Assembly (NCBI RefSeq): GCF_018350175.1
Contig: NC_058375.1
Coordinates: 104,656,168-104,720,000 of the forward strand
Direction of reading: 5' to 3'
DNA length: 63,833 nucleotides
Source: Felis catus
Taxonomy: Eukaryota
Shown here in pieces: positions 1-12,365 of this stretch. The position numbers and the translations under genes are program-made. Every line of letters begins with the position of its first letter. Position 1 is the first letter of the stretch. The notes under the pieces are model-generated. The model saw nothing but the letters and a program-made list of their open reading frames with translations. It made no database searches and was not told the origin of the DNA.

Positions 1-66
1 GGTCGCCGGCCGCTTGACTCCAAAGGCTCTTTTCAGAGCCACCCACCTTCTCGGGGAAAGAAGCGG
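1..66 (+). terminator. 3' UTR, histone stem-loop (25-40) and HDE of an H2B gene whose CDS lies upstream of the window
   Basis: CAAA-GGCTCTTTTCAGAGCC-ACCCA, then purine-rich GGGGAAAGAAGC. Nt 1-52 equal the reverse complement of 9603-9654, the 3' UTR of the next H2B. Confidence 0.9.
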
Positions 67-779
67 TTTTTCCCTATTTAAAAATGTTATTTTTCCATGC
101 TATTTATTCTTTTTAATATCAGCCTTTTCCTTTGGATGACAAGAAAGGACTCTAAGATTGGACCTGATTCTTTTAACATTGTGGAGAGCTAGAGTACGTG
201 TATTTGTTCTCAAAAGTAACTCAGTTTTAACAGTGAAGCGGTCAGCAATACGTGGCAGTCAACGTGTAAATATACTCATGATTATAGAAATTAGTGCTAA
301 GGAGTGTTTGCTGTAAGGTAATTAGCTTGAATCTGTTTATTGTAATTGCATTTTTCTTTGGAAAATTAATGTGTTTGTAAACATGGAAAGCAGTACTTCT
401 GAAACCACGCCCAGCACCCATAAATAAATTTTTCTTGGTACCTCGATATCTTGATTCTGTGGTTGAAGTAATTTTTAGTTTACACACTTTTTGCCCCAAT
501 TCGGTGTTTCTTTCAGGTACACTGAATCGGTACGTATACACCGCTCAAATTGGAAACGTTAAACTGTCAGAATAAGATAATGCAAAAGCCACTCATTTAT
601 AATAAACCCTTCTTGCTCAGGTTGATAACCTACATTCTCCATAGTTGTAGTTTTGCTGTTTTCCAACCTGGATAAGGGAGGAGGAAAGGGTTTATAAATC
701 CAGAATCGGGGCCTGTTAATCATAAAATGTCCAGAAACATTGTTAAAACTACTTAGGTCTTAAAAATATCGTGTGCTTA

Positions 780-981
780 GGGGCACCTGGGTGGCTCAGT
801 CGGTTAAGCGTCTGACTGCCGCTCAGGTCATGATCTGATGTGTGAGCCGGGGTTCAGCCTTGGGCTCTGTTCTGACCACTCAGCCTGGAGCCTGCTTCAG
901 ATTCTGTGTCTCCCCCTCTCTGCTCCTCCCATGCTCATGCTCTGTCTCTCAATAATAAATAAATGTTAAAAAATAAAAAAA
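780..981 (+). mobile_element. Can-SINE (tRNA-derived, feliform type)
   Basis: GGGGCACCTGGGTGGCTCAGTCGGTTAAG head, CT-rich body, AATAAA/A tail, degenerate TSD (aaaata.cgt.tgcttag). Confidence 0.9.
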
Positions 982-1462
982 TACCGTTTGCTTAGAGCAG
1001 TTCATTTTCTTTTTCTCTGAAAACAGGGGCACTAAATATTAGAGAATAAAAAAGGTCTTCTCCATTTCTGAGTTAGATGTTTAAAAGCAGTGTTTCCTAA
1101 AACAGTTCAAAGGCCATTAGAGCCTGAATCAATCTGGGTTTATCCCTTAACCCCCACATACTTCCACTGAACCCAAATCACTGGGGCACTGTGATTGGTG
1201 GGGTGAGAACCTCTGGGACACACCAGGTGATTCATGTTTCATAACCGACATATTGGCTATGTAGTTGCCATGTTATTTGGTAACAATCTGCAGTTTTCAG
1301 TTACCATCCAGACATTTCATTTTTCCTAAATTGTCTTTTCCCATAATTATTCATAATATTACATACAAAACTAGCTTCATTTTTTCTCTCATTAATCTAG
1401 GGCACCAAATATAGCATAAGACTTTGCCTTTCTACTTTTATTAAGGTTTGGAAACACATTTT

Positions 1463-1730
1463 ATTTATTTATTTTTTTTAAACAGGTATCCCTCGCTTTT
1501 TTTTAAGTTTGTGTGATGCCAATTTGCTTTCAACGTTTATTTTTGAGACAGAGGGAGACAGAGCATGAACGGGGGAGGGGCACAGAGAGAAGGAGACACA
1601 GAATCGGAAACAGGCTCCAGGCTCTGCGCCATCAGCCCAGAGCCGGACGCGGGGCTCAGAACTCACCGACCGCGAGATCGTGACCTGGCTGAAGTCGGAC
1701 GCTTAACCGACTGCGCCACCCAGGCGCCCC
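1463..1730 (-). mobile_element. Young SINEC_Fc-type Can-SINE with compound tail
   Basis: CpG-intact body; TSD TGGAAACACATTTT at 1449-1462 and 1731-1744. Confidence 0.93.
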
Positions 1731-2639
1731 TGGAAACACATTTTAAAGAGGTCAAATGAGAACAAAAGTAAAGTACTAAAAGGCACAAAAATGAAACTTT
1801 CTGAAAAAAAAACTAAGCACACTGCAAGTGTCCTAGCTCATCCCCTGCTTATATACTTTTTTAATGTACCTACATAAAATCTCAGATATTATTGGCAGAC
1901 CGTCCTATCTGCCCTGCCCAATTAAAAGACGGTAACTTATTTCCTAGTATTGTGCTAAAGCCATCCCTTCTTTCCAATGCTTAGGTCTCAGGAAACATTT
2001 CCCTACTTTTGCACATGTCTTGCTTGGATCTACCAAGAGATTAGAAAGAAGGCCAAAGCTTGAAAAGTTCAGGTAAATTATGGAGATGGGGAAGGGAAAA
2101 GAAAATAGGGGAAGGTTTGCATTTACAGGGTAGGAATATAATGAAAACATATTAAGAGGCACACAGGATGTTGGGCAAATACTGTAATTACATGTGGGGG
2201 AGGGAGTGGTCACCTTTGGTTCTGAAGATTCTCCAGATATGGGTAGGAAAGCAGAAAACAGCAAATTCTTAAAAGTGGAGGTGACTCATTATAACTGTAT
2301 TACCTATCAATACTTCCCTTTAGCACCAAAATTTACACTTACAGGTGTGAAAGCAAAACAAGTATCCTGTTCAGGCTCCACTAGGAGTATTTTTGCACAC
2401 AATTTCCTGCAATAAGGGAGAGGGGGGAAAAAACACATTTTGCACCCTCAGATAAATAAAACATGCTGGGGGTGCAGCAGTAAACAGAGAAGGAAAAGTC
2501 GCTATCCACATAAAGCTATATTTTAGTTAATGGATGCCGAAAACAAAAAAATGAAAGAAATGCATAATAATATAATATTCAGGGGAATGTATGTGTTATG
2601 AAGTACCACAGAATATGGAAAGGAGTGTGGACAATAGGT

Positions 2640-3450
2640 CTGATCTGTTAATATTTGAGCAGAGGCCTGAAGAAAGTAAGATAGCCATAGGCTATCTTAG
2701 AGAAGAGTATTCTAAGAACTGTGTATTCTAAAATCCAGTGCAAAGCCCCTGAGGCAGATACAAGTTTAGAGAGTTTAAGGAATAAGCAATAAGCAATAGT
2801 GTGGCTGAAGCACAGTCCACAAAGGAAATATCTGCGAGGAGAAAAGATCACAGAGGTAGTTGACAGATCACGGGGGCTTCATAGGCCATGGCAAAGATTT
2901 TGTCAAAGGAGTTGGAGTGCCTTTGGAGAGTTTGATCAGAGTAATGACATTATTTGATGTTTTTTTTTTTTTTTACAGCTCATCCAGGATGCTATGTTAA
3001 AAAATAGACTATAAGAGAACAAGAGTAGAAGCAGGGAGAATTTCAAAGAGGCTACAGCAGTAGTTCAGGAGAGAGAGAGGTGGTACCAGTGGAGATCTGA
3101 GAAGTAGTTAAGATATATTTTGGTACATTTTGAATATATTTGATAATATATTCAAATGTATTTGATAATCTTGGACATATTTTTAAATTGATGAGCTGAA
3201 TGTTATGACAGGAGAAGAATAAAAGATTAATAAAGGTTTTTGGTGAGAGCACTTGGAAAGAGCTGCTATTTACTGACATGAGAGACGAGAGATTTGGAGG
3301 GAGAAATCCAAGAGTACTGTTTTGGACAAAAATTGTGAGACTCCCGGTAGCTATCCAAGTGGAAATATCGAAAAGGAAATACTAAATTCCCAAACAGGAA
3401 CATGATACATGAGAATCTGGAGTTCAGGGAAGAGAAAGAGGTTAGGTGTA
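2640..3450 (-). mobile_element. Ancient LINE-2-like fragment (approximate bounds)
   Basis: Purine-rich degenerate sequence with L2-like phrases (ggccatggcaaagattttg, gaatctggagttcagggaagag). Confidence 0.5.
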
Positions 3451-3827
3451 TAAAGTCTGGCTCTTGCTCTGTTGTAGATGATCTACCCTTTATTTTTGAA
3501 AGCACTTAGAATCACTATAACACATCAAGATACATTTTCTCCCTGAAAGTTACTTAGCTGTGGTCTCAGGATGTGACTAAATTCCCCTATCCAACTCCAC
3601 TTTCAACCTCAGATTAGAAGACAGAATAACCAAATGTCTAAGCCCATGTCATTTCAGCATCCTTGGACTGGTGCTATCACTTAAGTCACCGTTACCACTA
3701 ATGACTATAGCAAGTATGATAAACAGGTAACATTCAAAGTTCTGGTTAGTATATGATCACCGTCAAACATTCATAAGCCTTTTGATGAGGTGAAAAATCT
3801 TACACATTCATGATGAAATTGTATCAG

Positions 3828-4043
3828 GGTGCGCCTGGGTGGCTCAGTCGGTTAAGTGTCTGACTTCAGCTCAGGTCATGATCTTGCGGACTGTGGGTTC
3901 GAGCCCTGTGCCAGGCTCTGTGCAGACAGCTCAGAGCCTGGAGCCTGCTTTGGATTATGTGTCTCCCTCTCTCTGCCTCTCCCCTGCTCACACCTCTCTC
4001 TCTCTTTCAAAAGTAAATAAACATTTAAAAAAATTTTTTTAAA
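3828..4043 (+). mobile_element. Can-SINE
   Basis: Typical head, body and tail; TSD GAAATTGTATCAG at 3815-3827 and 4044-4056. Confidence 0.9.
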
Positions 4044-4264
4044 GAAATTGTATCAGTTAACAGATTTACTGCACAAACAAAATGGGATGTCTATGAAAGC
4101 TGTTTCTGTAGTATTTAAAGTCTTTAATTGTAACTTTTAAAAAATTTCTGAAGGATGGGGAAATTCAAACCTATAGAAAAGTTTGTGGATGTTCAACCAT
4201 TTCTTCATCTAGATTCACCAATTGTTACTATTTGCTGCATTTGCTTTATCACCTTTTTTTAAAG

Positions 4265-4600
4265 ATTTTATTTTTTTTACATTTTTTTTTTCAACGTTTA
4301 TTTATTTTTGGGACAGAGAGAGACAGAGCATGAACGGGGGATGGGCAGAGAGAGAGGGAGACACAGAATCAGAAACAGGCTCCAGGCTCTGAGCCATCAG
4401 CCCAGAGTCCGACGCGGGGCTCGAACTCACGGACCGTGAGATCGTGACCTGGCTGAAGTCGGACGCTTAACCGACTGCGCCACCCAGGCTCCCCTTAAGA
4501 TTTTATTTTTAATTAATCTCTACACCCAACATGGGTCTCAAACTTACAACCCTGAGATCAAGGGTTGCATGTTTTATGGACTGAGCCAGCCAGGTGCCCT
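4265..4600 (-). mobile_element. Young SINEC_Fc (~4275-4494) inserted in the tail of an older short Can-SINE (~4495-4600)
   Basis: Two SINE heads (…caggctcccc at 4494, …caggtgccc at ~4599); aagattttatttttt duplicated on both sides of the young copy. Confidence 0.85.
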
Positions 4601-4837
4601 GCTTCATCACTTTTCATGCACACATGTTTTCTAAACAATTTGAAAGTAAATTGTAGGCATCTTGACACTTCTCCTTAAACATGTCAGCATGTCTCCCTTA
4701 AAAATAAAGACATTCTCCTATATAATTACATACCATTATTACATACAACACATTTAATAATGACTTAATATTAAATAATACACAATCCATATTCAAATTT
4801 CTCCCAATTGTCAAAAAATATCCTATAATATAGTTGT

Positions 4838-5642
4838 TGTATTAACTTCCTATGGCTTAATTAGAAAGTCTTTGCAGATGTAACAACTTGCAATTGACCC
4901 TTGAACAACAAGGATCTTGGGACACTGACCCCTGAGCAGTCAAAAATCTGCAAATGAATTTTGATTTCCCCCAAGCCTACTGTTGGCTGGAAGGAATCCT
5001 CTCCAATAACATTAGTCATTAACACATATTTTGTATGCTATATGTATTATATACTATTGTCTTATAATAAAGTAGGCTAAAGAAAAAATGTTAAGAAAAT
5101 CATAAGGAAGAGAAAATATATTTTGAGCCCTGTGCTGTATTTATCGGAAAATAGTGTACAAATGGAACCGTACAGTTCAAGTGTGTTGTTTAAGGTCACC
5201 TAAGTGTATTAAAAACTTTGTGGCTTAAAACACACACATGTATGCTCTTACATTTCTGGAGGTCAGAAGTACAAAATCAGTTTCACCAAGTGGAAACCAA
5301 GACTGCTCTCTCCAAAAGCTCTAGGGAGAGAATCCATTTCCAAACATTTTTGAAAAGCTTCTAGAGGGGGCTTTTTTTGTTCCTGGTCCCTTCTTTCCTC
5401 TTCAAAGCCAGCATCACATCATCTTCAAATCTCTCTCTGCTTTTATCACCTTCCTTCCCTTCTTGGCTTTCTGCTTTACTCTGATAAGGACCCTGGTGAT
5501 TACATTTGGGGTTCCCGCAAATAATTGAGGATATTTTCCTATTTCCAAATCATATCAGTAAAATCCTCTTTGCCATGTAATATTCACAGATTCTAGGGAT
5601 TTAGATGTGCACATATTTGGGGGCCATATTCAGCTTACCACA
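4838..5642 (-). mobile_element. MaLR (MLT1-type) solo LTR interrupted by a Tigger2/MER28-like DNA transposon (~4891-5200)
   Basis: tgtatta… and …taccaca termini with MLT1 phrases (ttctggaggtcagaagt, aggaccctggtgattacatt); Tigger2-like TIR caattgacccttgaacaaca at 4891. Confidence 0.65.
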
Positions 5643-5654
5643 GCTGTTGACTGC

Positions 5655-6487
5655 TGTTATGGGTTGAATTGTGTCCCCTGAAAAGATGTTGAAATATGAC
5701 TCCACAGTGCCTTAGAAAGTGGCCTTATTTGGAAATAGGGTCTTTGCAGAGATGTACAGGCATGNNNNNNNNNNNNNNNNNNNNNNNNNNNNNNNNNNNN
5801 NNNNNNNNNNNNNNNNNNNNNNNNNNNNNNNNNNNNNNNNNNNNNNNNNNNNNNNNNNNNNNNNNNNNNNNNNNNNNNNNNNNNNNNNNNNNNNNNNNNN
5901 NNNNNNNNNNNNNNNATACACCTTAATTACAACATTTTATTGCCAAAAAATGCTATCACATGAGCTTTCAGCAAGTTGTAATCACTGATCGCAATCACCA
6001 TAACAAATATAATAATGAAAGTCTGAAATATTGTGAAATTACCAAAACGTGACAGAGACACTAAGTGAATAAATGGTGTTGGAAAATGGCGCAGACTTCC
6101 TCCATATAGTGTTGCTGCAAGCCTTCAGTTTGTAAAAAATGCAGTATCTACAAAGCACAATAAAATGACATATGCCTGTAATCAATTTAAAATGAGGTCA
6201 TCGGGGTGGACCCTAATCCAATGTGACTAGTGTCCCTATGAAGATGTAGAAACACAGGAAGAAAACTGAGCCAGAAGTCAGAGTTATGCTGTCACGTGTC
6301 AAAAAATAGCTGAGGCTACCCAAGGTGAAAAATAAGCAAGGATTCTCCTTGAGAGCCTTCAGAGGGACAGGACCCTAGCAGCACCTTCAGATTTCTAGCC
6401 TCCAGAGCTATGGCAGGTTAAATCTCTGTTGTTTTAAGTCGCTCAGTTCATGGTACTTTGTTATGTCAGCCCTAAAAAACTAATACA
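5655..6487 (+). mobile_element. MaLR (MLT1-type) solo LTR
   Basis: TGTTATGGGTTGAATTGTGTCCCC start, ccttatttggaaatagggtctttgcaga, end …aaactaataca. Confidence 0.8.
5757..6178. mobile_element. Tigger1-family non-autonomous DNA transposon nested in the LTR
   Basis: TA-CAGGCAT…ATATGCCTG-TA: terminal inverted repeats with a TA target duplication; N run at 5765-5915 inside. Confidence 0.8.
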
Positions 6488-6519
6488 AATACTACAATTT
6501 TAAATAATAGAATTATATT

Positions 6520-6755
6520 TTTATTTTTATTAAAAAAAAATTTTTTTTTTAATGTTCATTTACTTTTGAGACAGAGAGAGACAGAGCATGAATGGGGGAG
6601 GGTCAGAGAGAAAGAGGGAGACACAGAATCTGAAACAGGCTCCAGGCTCTGAGCTGTCAGCACAGAGCCTGACTCGGGGCTCGAACTCACAAGCCGTGAG
6701 ATCATGACCTGAGCAGAAGTCGGACGCTCAACCGACTGAGCCACCCAGGCGCCCC
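6520..6755 (-). mobile_element. Can-SINE
   Basis: Reverse-complement head …ccacccaggcgcccc, T-rich tail. Confidence 0.9.
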
Positions 6756-7442
6756 TTGTTTAAGTTTTTAAATCACATCTGTGATTTGTTTAAATCTCAG
6801 ACATTCCTTCTTGATGGTAATATTAACCTTTGGCCCTGGTCACATACTGATTTAACACTTGGAGACTTACTCCAAACATGTAGTTGGAGCCCCTCTATTT
6901 TTTTCTTATCTACCCTATTTATCCTCTGAGACCTTTCAGGACAAAAGGCCTATCATCTTTTATGCTGGGAAATTATGTGCTATTATTTCTCAAATATTTC
7001 AAGAGTCAACAGACAAACAGGCTTAACCGGATATCCGAAAGCACAGCAGGGCTCCAAGGTTGGCTGAATTCCAGGAGTGGCTCAGAACACTGATCCTCCC
7101 CTGAAGATGTTCCTTCTTCTAGTGTTGTCTACAATTCTTCTTTGCCTTCACACCCCAGAGCACTCCATCTTCCTTTGCCCTTCAAAGAAACTTCTTTCCC
7201 AAAAGATAAAAGCAATCTACATTCCCTTACTCAGTTACTTCAATTTCTGAAATGTTTGTGCTAATCAGATTGGTCTAGATTTCTGAACTAATCAATGTGC
7301 AAAGGGGGCTGGGATTACACTCCAACCAATCAGGCCAACCCTGTAGGATTTGTTGTCTGGGAAACACGTGTGGCAGTGGTTCTCAAATTTCCCTGCCTGT
7401 TAAAGTCACTTTGGAGAGCTTTTTAAAAATCACCCAAGTGCA

Positions 7443-7687
7443 GGGGCGCCTGGGTGGCTCAGTTGGTTAAGCGGCCGACTTCGGCTCCGGTCACGATCTC
7501 GTGGTCCGTGAGTTTGAGCCCCGCGTGGGGCTCTGTGCTGACAGCTCAGAGCCTGGAGCCTGTTTCGGATTCTGTGTCTCCCTCTCTCTGACCCTCCCCC
7601 ATTCACGCTCTGTCTCTCTCTCTCTCTCTCTCTCTCTATCTCAAAAATAAATAAACGTTAAAAAAAAAAATTAAAAAAAAAAAAAAA
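7443..7687 (+). mobile_element. Can-SINE with expanded (CT)n
   Basis: GGGGCGCCTGGGTGGCTCAG head, (CT)n, A tail. Confidence 0.92.
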
Positions 7688-7827
7688 GAAAATCAGGACA
7701 CTATTAGAAAAACAGAATAAGAAAAATAAATGCTACAGTAATATTATTATAGGACTATCAACTACTAAGTTGTATTTCATGACAAACACATAAGAAGAAA
7801 TAACATTTTCAAGAATACATTAAAGCT

Positions 7828-8030
7828 GGGCACCTCGGTGGCTCAGTTGGTTGGGCGGCCAACTTCAGCTCAGGTCATGATCTCACAGCTGGTGAGTTTG
7901 AGCCCCCCATGCGGCTCTGTGCTGACAGCTCATAGCCTGGAGCCTGCTTCAGATTCTGTGTCTCCCTTTCTCTCCGCCCCTCCCCTGCTTACATTCCGTC
8001 TTTCTCTCTCAAAAATAATTTTTTTTTTTA
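7828..8030 (+). mobile_element. Can-SINE
   Basis: Head, body and tail; degenerate TSD aaga.tacattaa. Confidence 0.88.
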
Positions 8031-8666
8031 AAGACTACATTAAGGAGTCAAGGAGAAATAGTCTGGAAGAATACTTTAAGGTGATAGTCCTTCATCCCCA
8101 TTCCTCTGTGTTTGTGTTCTTTTCCCTGAGTACTACGTGCACTCTCAAATTGCCAACGCCATATATCCACCTGAATATTAAAAGCTTCTCAAATTTGACT
8201 CAGAACTCTAGATCACTTTTCAGTGCCCCAAAAGCCATACCTCCTCCCATTATTCATCCTCATTAATAGCACCAGATGTTCAAATAAAAAACTTAGGGGT
8301 TTTGCTTTTAACTACATCTTATTCCTCACCAAAACCTATCACTTTTACCTCCAAAATCTAATCCTAATTCCAACATATTTAACTATCACATTATCATTGT
8401 ACTCCAATCCAACAGGTCTAGACTACCAGTGGTTCTCACACTTTAGCAACCATCAGAATCAGCCAGAGGACCTGTTAACACTGATTACTGGGGCCTGAAA
8501 TTTTCATTTTTGATTGATTCTCAGGTAATACTGACGCTGCTCATCTGAGACCAGACTTTAGTAATCACTGCTCTACTTCACAACACTGCTATATAGCCTA
8601 GTAGTTGGTTTTTTGCTTCTACTATGGACAACCTAGAATCTAGATCCACTAAGCAACCAGAGTAAT

Positions 8667-8772
8667 TTTTTTTTTTTTTTGGTAAGGAGCAGCAGGCAGA
8701 AGTTTATTACAGATCGGAAAGTATGAATAGTATGAAGTCTCTCTTTACAGAGAGGGGGCATTTACAATGCCC
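8667..8772 (-). mobile_element. Short retroposed polyadenylated fragment of unknown source
   Basis: T15 at 8666-8680, minus-strand AATAAA at 8703-8708, TSD CCAGAGTAAT at 8657-8666 and 8773-8782. Confidence 0.8.
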
Positions 8773-9614
8773 CCAGAGTAATCGTTAAGGCTAATGAGGT
8801 CATGTGTGCAGATCCTTGCCTAAAACAATCCAAGAGTTCCCAAAACACCGAGAACAAACTCTCAAGCCAATCTAACTCCTTTTCACTTTCCCAGCCATAT
8901 TGGGGCTTTCTACTCGGCTAGCATTTTACACTCTCCTGCTTCAGAAATTACGCATATGTTGTACCCATTCTGTGGAAATAGCCTTCAAATTGGACAAGCT
9001 TTTCTAATAATTCTCATCACGACCATATAATAGGCAATTTTGAGGATCTGCACCAGCATTAACGGTTACTAGGTATCAAAATCCGCTTAAATCTTCCCAT
9101 GAATGAAAAAAAAAAAGAGCAGGTGCTCGTGAATCAGGGATACCGAGTCAATGAATTTGTCAGAACCAAAACAAAAAGTTATCCTTTTTAGTTCACAACT
9201 CTAAAGCACATGATGGAAAGACTGAAGTACCACCACCGTTTTACCAATTGGGAACCCCAACCAGATAGTTGGTTGCACCTTTATTAACCTGACAACTTCC
9301 TTATCCGGCATAAATAAGTTAATGAAAACAAACACAGCATTTCTCAACGTTAACGACTTAGCAACGCACACGTTCAACTCTACGCAGCAAAACCAAAGCC
9401 AGTTTCAAGCGAGGTCCTCTACAAGCCAAAAAACACCATTTCCCATTACGTTTTTCTACCCAACTATACAGGAACTACTCTATCATCTAAAAAAGAAAAG
9501 GAACGGTCACTTGTGCTTCACAAAAGAATTCAGTGTACTAAAAGAAAAACCCCAAAGGCAAACTAGGAACCATAATAGAGAAAACGAACAGCGTCTTTCC
9601 CGGAGAAGGTGGGT

Positions 9615-9630
9615 GGCTCTGAAAAGAGCC
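9615..9630 (-). terminator. Histone 3' stem-loop of H2B
   Basis: Minus strand reads GGCTCTTTTCAGAGCC then ACCCA, with HDE-like GGAAAGACGC downstream. Confidence 0.95.
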
Positions 9631-9682
9631 TTTGGAGTCAAGCGGCCGGCGACCNNNNNNNNNNNNNNNNNNNNNNNNNNNN

Positions 9683-10811
<1,129 letters not shown>

Positions 10812-10869
10812 GGCCGGCGTCCGGAAGCTCAGCCAGCCCTGGTGGCAAAGGGGTACCTGTGAAATCAAA

Positions 10870-10910
10870 GGCTCTTTTAAGAGCCACCCACCCTCTCAAA
10901 TAAAGAGTTG
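10870..10910 (+). terminator. Histone stem-loop (10870-10885) and HDE (AAAGAGTTG 10902-10910) overlapping AATAAA (10899-10904)
   Basis: GGCTCTTTTAAGAGCC-ACCCA…CAAATAAAGAGTTG. Confidence 0.93.
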
Positions 10911-11699
10911 TTCACAGTAGCGACTCTTCTCCGTTCCACTATTGGCCAGTAGTCGCCGAGCCGCTCCTGGCCTCTCAAATCTTGCGCCTCAACCATCTCG
11001 TAGATCTTACTTAGGACTTGAAGGCAGGGAGAGGAGCCAGAGCCCGTTGGGCGCAGCCACGGTCGACTGCGCTAGGAGTAGTACTGTTGGGTGGCCCCCG
11101 GGCTCCTCCCTCGGGAGTGAGTGCCAAGTACGCGACTCCCGGGCTCGTGAGGCCTTTGCCCAACGCACGTGCACCCCCAGTCGGCAGGGGAGCTGGCAGT
11201 TTGCGGGAGTGTGGCGGCCCTGACCTTGGCTTAGCTGAGCCGGCTGTCTCAAGTAACCGTGAGGGGGCCGTCTTCGCAGCGGAGGGACAGGTCCCCGCTT
11301 GGGTTCCCGGAGGCGGGATCTTGCGCTCCGGAGGCGAGGGGGTGGGGTGAGACCGACAACTTTCCCATCCGAAAAGTACCGACAAGGCGGGAAAAGATCC
11401 ATCACACCAACGAGGAGGCTCTTAGAAGGGGACAAGGCGCTTTGGGGGGCGGGGAGCAAACGGAAGAGTGAGGTGGAGTTGGGGAGCCCGCGAGGGAAGG
11501 AAGAGGGTACTGCGCGGCAAAGGGGTAAAAGAGTCAGGGAGGAAGATTCGGACAGAGTTGAGCTCAAAAATGAGCCCCCCCCCCCCCTCCTCCCTCCCCG
11601 CCCGCCGAAAAGAAAGGAAAAACAAGGTAGGAGAAAGACTTGGCGAACTGGAAAGTAGAAAGCGAGGCGAGTGGGCGGGGTAGGGAGGATTGTGCCCAG

Positions 11700-11810
11700 G
11701 CCAATGAGCGATGCCGGGACGGGTGACGTCACAGCCAATGGACAGCCAGCGCGGGACTTTCAATTATCGCCCCGCCCGATCGGAAGAAGACGGTGCCTAT
11801 AAAGAGTGCG
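11700..11810 (+). promoter_or_regulatory. H3 promoter
   Basis: CCAAT 11701-11705 and 11735-11739, CRE TGACGTCA 11724-11731, GC box, TATAAA 11798-11803. Confidence 0.85.
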
Positions 11811-11875
11811 GCGGCGGGCCGAGACCCCGTTACTCTCGCTGCCGCTGNNNNNNNNNNNNNNNNNNNNNNNNNNNN

Positions 11876-12286
<411 letters not shown>

Positions 12287-12322
12287 AGTGCGCGCTCGGC
12301 TCGAGGTTCCATCCCATCCAAA

Positions 12323-12365
12323 GGCTCTTTTCAGAGCCACCCACGACGGCACCTGAAAGAAGCTG
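12323..12365 (+). terminator. Histone stem-loop (12323-12338) and HDE of H3
   Basis: GGCTCTTTTCAGAGCC-ACCCA…AAAGAAGCTG. Confidence 0.95.
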
